Below are positions 58,542-64,000 of a stretch of DNA of 64,000 nt, piece by piece (position 1 is the stretch's first letter; each line of letters starts with the position of its first letter). A program made the position numbers and the translations under genes. The notes below the pieces were generated by a model that saw nothing but the letters and a program-made list of their open reading frames with translations, did not search any database and was not told the DNA's origin. Origin of the DNA: Bdellovibrionota bacterium (GTDB lineage Bacteria; Bdellovibrionota_C; UBA2361; OMII01); NCBI GenBank assembly GCA_044337105.1, contig JBIIOE010000005.1, positions 84 to 64,083 of the forward strand. The letters are read 5' to 3'.

Positions 58542-58844
58542 CTACGCTGCGAACTCCTTACACAGTAGTTCGCAGCCGAGGTTGCCGTGTAGATCCCTGG
58601 AAACGAGGATATCCCCATCCCAGACAATCCGAAGGTCTCGTGTCGGTCGGTAGAACAGGAAGTGTTCATCCGAGGAAATCACGAGACCGGTGCTGGTGGC
58701 GGCGAATCGAACACCGTGAAGCTCGAAAGCATCACAGCCGTCTGCCCACAGGTCCTCCACGAAATACTCGTAGACGTCCCAGGGGTTCAACCCGTTTCTG
58801 ACCAGCACCACCACGGCGCCCCTCTGCTTTTTGACTTCCACCAT
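58542..58844 (-). CDS. Small hypothetical protein (100 aa)
   Basis: Good SD (AAAGGA) before ATG; acidic/aromatic, beta-rich. Confidence 0.55.
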   Translation of the reverse strand: MVEVKKQRGAVVVLVRNGLNPWDVYEYFVEDLWADGCDAFELHGVRFAATSTGLVISSDEHFLFYRPTRDLRIVWDGDILVSRDLHGNLGCELLCKEFAA

Positions 58845-58885
58845 CGTAATTCCTTTCTAGATGGAGTGGGAAATCGAGGCTCGTC

Positions 58886-58936
58886 GTGAACCTCCTGCAA
58901 ACGCTCCGCTGGTCGAAGCGGTTCCAGGAGGTTCAC
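58886..58936. other. Two-tier stem-loop
   Basis: GTGAACCTCCTG (58886-97)/CAGGAGGTTCAC (58925-36) enclose CCGCT/AGCGG. Confidence 0.7.
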
Positions 58937-59010
58937 AATCGACAGTTGGTCAAACCAAAAAACCTTTGCAGCTTACCCCTACCTCATAAGTATCTCCTTT
59001 TGGTGAGCCT

Positions 59011-59035
59011 TTAACAGCCTTCCGAAGCCTGTTAA
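59011..59035. promoter_or_regulatory. 25-bp near-perfect palindrome (operator-like)
   Basis: TTAACAGCCTTC-C-GAAGCCTGTTAA, one mismatch. Confidence 0.5.
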
Positions 59036-59157
59036 GAGAGCTGTGAAGATATGAGTGTTATGTAACATTCAGTCGCATGAAGCTCATATCCATACAACTT
59101 TGTGCCCCCCCCCAAACTGTGGCGATTACGAAGTAGCTGGAAAGCACCCATACCGCC

Positions 59158-59460
59158 TTAGTAGTAGCGGGACGGGATTAGGTTTTGATTTGCTGAAACG
59201 CGCTGCTGAGATAGCGGTGAAAGTAGAACTGGTCTCAAAAGTAGCTTCGTAGCGAGGTTGGCGAGATGCGAGGCGAGACGAGGAAAACGAGCGAAACAAC
59301 CGGAGGTGTATCCACTGCGACGCCCTGAGGATTTTTCCACTTCACCAAAATAGGAGAGTAACAAAATATCCGCTTTCGTAGCAGGGAGGAAGGGCCCGCC
59401 TCCCTGAACCAGCAGCTGCTTGAATCGTTGAATGAGGTCAACTACAAGATGGGAACCCAT
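59158..59460 (-). CDS. Possible hypothetical protein or remnant downstream of the TrmB-like gene
   Basis: GGAG before ATG 59460; no motif. Confidence 0.25.
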   Translation of the reverse strand: MGSHLVVDLIQRFKQLLVQGGGPFLPATKADILLLSYFGEVEKSSGRRSGYTSGCFARFPRLASHLANLATKLLLRPVLLSPLSQQRVSANQNLIPSRYY

Positions 59461-59482
59461 CGGCTCCAAATTGTCTGTATAA

Positions 59483-60301
59483 CTACCGAGGCACAACATC
59501 CTTTGCCCCCTTCCACATAGCGTCAAACAGCTGCGTCATCATTAGGCTCAAATTCGGATGATGAATCTCAACTGCCATCTGCTGCTGCTTTGAGTAATCG
59601 AGCAGGGTAACTATGTCGTCGTAGACATACATTTCGAATGTAATATCGAGGATACTCGGATCGATGTATCGCATCTTTGCCTTTGAAAGATTCACAGGCT
59701 CGAGATCTGATCGCTTAACCGTCTTCAGGTTCGTCAGGTCATAACTGAGGAGACCTCGCTCGATTATCCGCTCGCGACAGCGACGAGCAAACGCGGGATC
59801 GAGGTGCTGGGAGAGGTGTCGCGCTTCGAAAACTCGAAACTCTTTTCGAGCCTTCGTAAGATTCCAGTTTGCTTGGCGAAGGCCTGCGATGCCGTAGTAG
59901 TGACGGACCGTTGCTTTCAGTCCAGATGTCCCCGCGATGACCTGCATCGACTGCACCATCGAAGCGAGATCCTTCGATAGGGTCTCGTTGACAGCTTTAC
60001 GATTCTCGAGAAGCGCCTCTACATTCTCCAGAGGCAAGGCTCTGAACAGCGTGCCGTAGCTCAGCTTGTCAGCGCTTACCAGAGCTATCTCCTCGAGCGT
60101 TTCCAATTCTCGATACACCTGCGTACGCGGCACTCCGAGCGTCTTCGAGATCTTTAATGCCGTAGTGGGCCCTACCTTGAAGAGCTCAATATATACCGCC
60201 GCGCCCTTGTCGCTGAGTCCCAGCCGCTTCAAATAAGTCTTCACTCTTCTCAATTCGTCCATAGGCTCAATTATATCCAAGTTGTCCGCTTTTTTGGACA
60301 A
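59483..60301 (-). CDS. TrmB-family wHTH transcriptional regulator
   Basis: LGLSDKGAAVYIEL..ISKTLGVPRTQVYRELETL; C-terminal effector-like domain ending QLFDAMW. Confidence 0.82.
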   Translation of the reverse strand: MSKKADNLDIIEPMDELRRVKTYLKRLGLSDKGAAVYIELFKVGPTTALKISKTLGVPRTQVYRELETLEEIALVSADKLSYGTLFRALPLENVEALLENRKAVNETLSKDLASMVQSMQVIAGTSGLKATVRHYYGIAGLRQANWNLTKARKEFRVFEARHLSQHLDPAFARRCRERIIERGLLSYDLTNLKTVKRSDLEPVNLSKAKMRYIDPSILDITFEMYVYDDIVTLLDYSKQQQMAVEIHHPNLSLMMTQLFDAMWKGAKDVVPR

Positions 60302-60377
60302 CTATTTGCACAAGCTCCCAGATCTCGGCTTACAGTAGCACTACTCGAATTCGCAGCTTTTTAGGGAACGGCGGAGT

Positions 60378-61109
60378 ATGAAGAGATATATAGTAACCGG
60401 AGCATCCCGAGGAATCGGCAACGCTATCGCTCGATCGTTGCTTGGAGGCGGCAACCACGTGTTGTGCGGCTACAACACCTCTCTCGAAGAAATAGCACGG
60501 CTGGAGGCGGAGTTTCCTGGCTTGTGTAAACCCGTCAGAGCCGACTTCTCCAGCACAAGCGGCGTAGGAGAATTCGTCTCCTCGATAGACAACTTTGTCT
60601 TCGATGGTCTCGTGAACAACGCTGGCATATTCGAGATGGACGGCTTCGACGATTGGAGTTCGGAAGCGTGGCAGCGCGTATTACATGTAAATCTCAATAC
60701 TCCGATCGCATTGACGATGGCGTTGCGTGACCAATTCAACTCGAACGCCTCCATAGTAAACGTCTCGAGTCTTGACGGCCTCGTGGGGAGCTATCACTCT
60801 ATGGCCTACTCAGTGGCAAAAGCCGGACTCATCAGCGCAACAAAAACGCTGGCGAATAATTTTGGGAAGCTCAACATTCGGGTTAACACCGTTGCGCCCG
60901 GCTGGATCGATACCGGGATGTCGACACCAGAGTCGCTACTCGCTCGAGAGCTAACCCCACTCGGCCGGAACGGTCGCCCCGACGAAGTAGCTAAGCTCGT
61001 ATCGTTTCTTTTGAGCAGCGCCTCGTCCTTCATATCAGGGGCCTGCCTCGTAATCGATGGCGGCTATGCCAATATCGACTACATTATGTTGCAGGAGAGT
61101 CGAAGATAG
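60378..61109 (+). CDS. SDR-family oxidoreductase
   Basis: TGASRGIG, VNNAG, YSVAK and VAPGWIDT. Confidence 0.93.
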   Translation: MKRYIVTGASRGIGNAIARSLLGGGNHVLCGYNTSLEEIARLEAEFPGLCKPVRADFSSTSGVGEFVSSIDNFVFDGLVNNAGIFEMDGFDDWSSEAWQRVLHVNLNTPIALTMALRDQFNSNASIVNVSSLDGLVGSYHSMAYSVAKAGLISATKTLANNFGKLNIRVNTVAPGWIDTGMSTPESLLARELTPLGRNGRPDEVAKLVSFLLSSASSFISGACLVIDGGYANIDYIMLQESRR

Positions 61110-61427
61110 CTCTACGCGCGGAGTAAGCAGATCGCTTTCGTGCATGCATTTATTCCAGCGAGTCAGACACGATCTCCGCTCGCTCAGAAAGCGTTACCAC
61201 TACTGAGGAAGCAAAAACTCCGACTCAGCACACTACGGAAACCTTTCATTTCAGACATATGAGGTGCCCACGTTGCTATGTTTCCTGTCGCACCTGTCGT
61301 CGTCTCCTGTCGAAATCTGACTACTGTCGACTGTATGAGCCCTACCTCGCCCAAACTGGGACCGGACATAGGTGCCGCAACGTGTGATATCGTACGCTGA
61401 AGACTTGGCACACAAGAGCGTACAATT

Positions 61428-62012
61428 ATGATGAACCTGTCACAGACACCCAGGAGGCTCGAACGAGCTCCCGAGCATGTCGAGAATATTTCGATCGAAG
61501 ATAAATCGTTTACCTTGATCAAGCCCAATTTATTCTACGCTGGTAGCTGCGATCTGGGGCGCGGCCTCTTTTGCCGAGTCGATTTAGAGCCGGGTGATAT
61601 TTGGTAGCTCAACAACTTAGACGACAAGCGCTTTACGAGACAGCTTATAAACCTACAAGAGTTCAATCAGATGCACCCCTGGACACAGGGGCCTATAAAG
61701 AAGTACGGCTACATCGATCTGCCCTCTGGATTGATAGTTATGTGCACAAGCCCATTCGATCTTACGAATCACGCCAATCCGCGGAATGCGAATTCAAATT
61801 CGGACAATTATGGGAACTCGATTGCTACCAAAGCTATACGTGCCGGGGAGGAGATCCGCATAGGATACGAGTACGATGCGATGCTTTCGACGATCTGGAA
61901 ATTCCCAGAGATAGCAAAGTCATTTTCCCAGCAGCAATTATCCAACAAGGAATTCCTTCTATCTCCGGCATCGGCACATCCGGCGGCGGTCGATTTTCTC
62001 GACCAGTTGTAG
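61428..62012 (+). pseudogene. SET-domain protein interrupted by an in-frame TAG
   Basis: Frame reads ..LGRGLFCRVDLEPGDIW-TAG(61605-07)-LNN..NHANPRNAN..ATKAIRAGEEIRIGY; both SET motifs are in one frame. Confidence 0.8.
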
Positions 62013-62241
62013 ATCAACTCGGTGCACGACAGGTGCGGATGTTGCGCGACCCGAACGCACAGCTTCTCGAGCATATGCTCTGCAGGTACTTGCGCATCTG
62101 GCTTAAAGGCATATTTCAGCAGAAATTTTCTTTTATATTGCTGAAACAGGTACATTATTACTTAGCATTGCTCGATACCGCAGTCATCTCTTACGGTCGT
62201 TTCAGTGCCCCTTGCGCCACGTCTTTAGGAGAAGAACGAAC

Positions 62242-63591
62242 ATGTCCGCTATCGCACTCACGACCACACCTGAACACGACCCACTCATGCTCGACATAGC
62301 CGCACTGAACGTGCCGAAGCCCTCACTCGGCGACAGGGAGGTCGCCTTGGTGAATCGTTCACTCGACGGCGAAAAGATTCTCCTAGTCGTCACAGGAAGC
62401 ATAGCCGCTATCAAGGCACCGAGCCTTGCCCGAACGCTTCGGAGGTACGGCGCCGAGGTAGATGTACGAGCCACCGAGAGCGCCGAGCAATTCGTAGGGC
62501 CACTCGCCTTGTCCTGGGCCGCCGAGAAGGGGCGAGTCTACTCCGGCAGGGTACTCTCTGGAGAAGTTGAACACCTCGCGAACTACACCACGTATCTTGT
62601 AGCGCCTGCGAGCTACGACTTCATCAACGGCATGGCTCAGGGGCGCGCCGACACACCGGCCCTGGCGACTATGGCGACAGCGCTCGGGCGGGTGGAGCGC
62701 GGTGAGGCGAAGATGCTCGCCCTTCCCTGCATGAACGGCGACATGGTTAATTCCATCTTCCGAGAGAGTGTCGCCAAACTGAGATCGCTCGGTGTGAGGT
62801 TTATCAAGCCTGACACAACCGGAGGAAAGCTGGAATTTCCAGGAGCTCGCACCGTTGCGGCAGCCACAGCGCGACACGTGTCACGCAGCCCGCTGAAGGG
62901 GGCCTCGATACTCGTGTCCGGAGGGCCAACACCGGTACCACTCGATGACGTGCGCGTTGTAACCAACATCTTCACCGGTAAGCTTGGCCGAGAGATAGCG
63001 AAGGAGCTCGTCCTCAAGGGCGCAGATGTTTCCTTCCTTCTCGGTAGTAACTTGGAGATCGAAGAGTGGCTGCGCCCCTTCACCGTAGCCCACAAAACGT
63101 ACGATGAGTACCGCGATCGTGTCCTCGCTAAAGCGCAAGCGGCGAACCGTCCGGACCTCATGATACTGAGCGCCGCCGTTGCCGACTATCGCCCCAAGGA
63201 GGTCTTCGCGGGTAAGATCGCTAGTAAGAGCCCCGAGCTCAATCTCCCTCCGTTTGTTCCTACAGAGAAGGTCGTCGATAAGGCGCACGAGCTTGCGCCA
63301 GACATGCCGATCGTTTCCTTCAAGCTCCTCTCGCGTGTTTCAGTCGACGAACTTATCGCCGAGGCGAGGTCACGACTTGAGACACACTCCCAGATAGTGG
63401 TCGCCAATCGACAAGAGGACTGCTCTGAAACGAACCAAACCGTGTACATCGTGAGCAAGCAGGGGATCTCTCGGGTAGCAGGGACAAAGCGCGATGTGGC
63501 TGCCGCAATCGTAGAGGCTGTTGAAGCTCTGCACGTCTCTCTACACACGCGCCAGGTGCCTTCTCTTGATGTTGAAAGGATGGCGTCATGA
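62242..63591 (+). CDS. coaBC: Bifunctional phosphopantothenoylcysteine decarboxylase/ligase, atypical
   Basis: VTGSIAAIKA, VAPASYD, SGGPT..DDVR..TGKLG and SAAVADY; ATG 62242 after AGGAGA. Confidence 0.88.
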   Translation: MSAIALTTTPEHDPLMLDIAALNVPKPSLGDREVALVNRSLDGEKILLVVTGSIAAIKAPSLARTLRRYGAEVDVRATESAEQFVGPLALSWAAEKGRVYSGRVLSGEVEHLANYTTYLVAPASYDFINGMAQGRADTPALATMATALGRVERGEAKMLALPCMNGDMVNSIFRESVAKLRSLGVRFIKPDTTGGKLEFPGARTVAAATARHVSRSPLKGASILVSGGPTPVPLDDVRVVTNIFTGKLGREIAKELVLKGADVSFLLGSNLEIEEWLRPFTVAHKTYDEYRDRVLAKAQAANRPDLMILSAAVADYRPKEVFAGKIASKSPELNLPPFVPTEKVVDKAHELAPDMPIVSFKLLSRVSVDELIAEARSRLETHSQIVVANRQEDCSETNQTVYIVSKQGISRVAGTKRDVAAAIVEAVEALHVSLHTRQVPSLDVERMAS

Positions 63592-64000
63592 CACACTACG
63601 ACAAAAAGTCCCTTGTACCCACCGACTCTGGGGAGCTTTCGGATACCAGTTTCTTCCAAAGCATAAAAACTCCAACTGAATCGCTGGAATTTCCTCTCCG
63701 CACCACGGTACTCGGAACAAGCGAAGACCCGGATCACTATCGGCACATAAATATATCAAGAGAGACCCAAATCCCCCTTCCTCCTCACCCTGGGGCCTTT
63801 GGAGTGGTACGGAAGTTTCACACACATGAGGGAGTTGACCTCTACTGTGATGATGGTGCTCCGGTATTCGCACTGGAATCAGGCACGATAGTGGCTATTG
63901 AGAACTTTACCGGTGTTGCGGCAGACAGCCCGTGGTGGTGCGACACGAAATCGCTCTTGGTGGAGGGACAAGCCGGGGTTGTGTGCTACGGAGAGATTGA
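63588..64000 (+). CDS. M23-family metallopeptidase-like protein, truncated by window end (not in ORF track)
   Basis: ATG 63588 overlaps coaBC TGA; open to the end; ..HPGAFGVVRKFHTHEGVDLYCDDGAPVFALESGTIV.. contains HxxxD. Confidence 0.75.
   Translation, partial: MTHYDKKSLVPTDSGELSDTSFFQSIKTPTESLEFPLRTTVLGTSEDPDHYRHINISRETQIPLPPHPGAFGVVRKFHTHEGVDLYCDDGAPVFALESGTIVAIENFTGVAADSPWWCDTKSLLVEGQAGVVCYGEI

Noticed and set aside
61406-61420. Sigma54 promoter before the SET gene (TGGCAC...GC)
   Set aside because: Spacing is GG-N9-GC, not the required N10
61184-62299. ORFs 61184-61528 (-), 61601-62299 (+) and 61808-62155 (-)
   Set aside because: They overlap the SET frame, which has real motifs; these have none
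1-64000. CRISPR array, tRNA, rRNA, intact IS or integrase
   Set aside because: No regularly spaced direct repeats, cloverleaf, rRNA signature or DDE/tyrosine/serine recombinase motif seen by eye; tRNAscan-SE and Infernal would be needed to exclude them fully

Overview
64 kb of chromosome from a diderm bacterium. LPS genes (hldD, kdsD) and a TonB-dependent receptor support an outer membrane. The protein style suggests a deltaproteobacteria-like/Bdellovibrionota-type organism (inference only). It is mostly housekeeping genes (lysC, nuoB, FKBP, Nudix, GT2/GT39, nitroreductase, hldD, P1B ATPase, kdsD, ABC exporter, S8 protease, glnA, coaBC). Three blocks stand out. (1) 2.6-11.3 kb: a tightly coupled minus-strand operon with a GlmL-like ASKHA ATPase but no glutamate mutase, a barrel-sandwich-hybrid repeat protein and four uncharacterised membrane proteins. 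This is the best candidate for an undescribed system. (2) 15.4-25.6 kb: a Tad/Flp pilus operon with no secretin or prepilin peptidase, ending in an ATPase-less GspE/PilB N-terminus-receiver fusion and a hybrid kinase. (3) about 57.9-62.2 kb: a lower-GC accessory patch with hairpins, small ORFs, a TrmB-like regulator and a SET-domain gene interrupted by one TAG. Also notable: a 950-aa glycogen synthase lacking the KTGGL lysine, a pseudo-rhomboid, a TMEM43 homologue, a hexamer-built 101-bp inverted repeat, a CoaBC without the usual Cys loop, and an M23 gene missed by the ORF track at the right edge. No rRNA, tRNA, CRISPR array or intact transposase was seen. All family calls are from motif recognition by eye; no searches were run.
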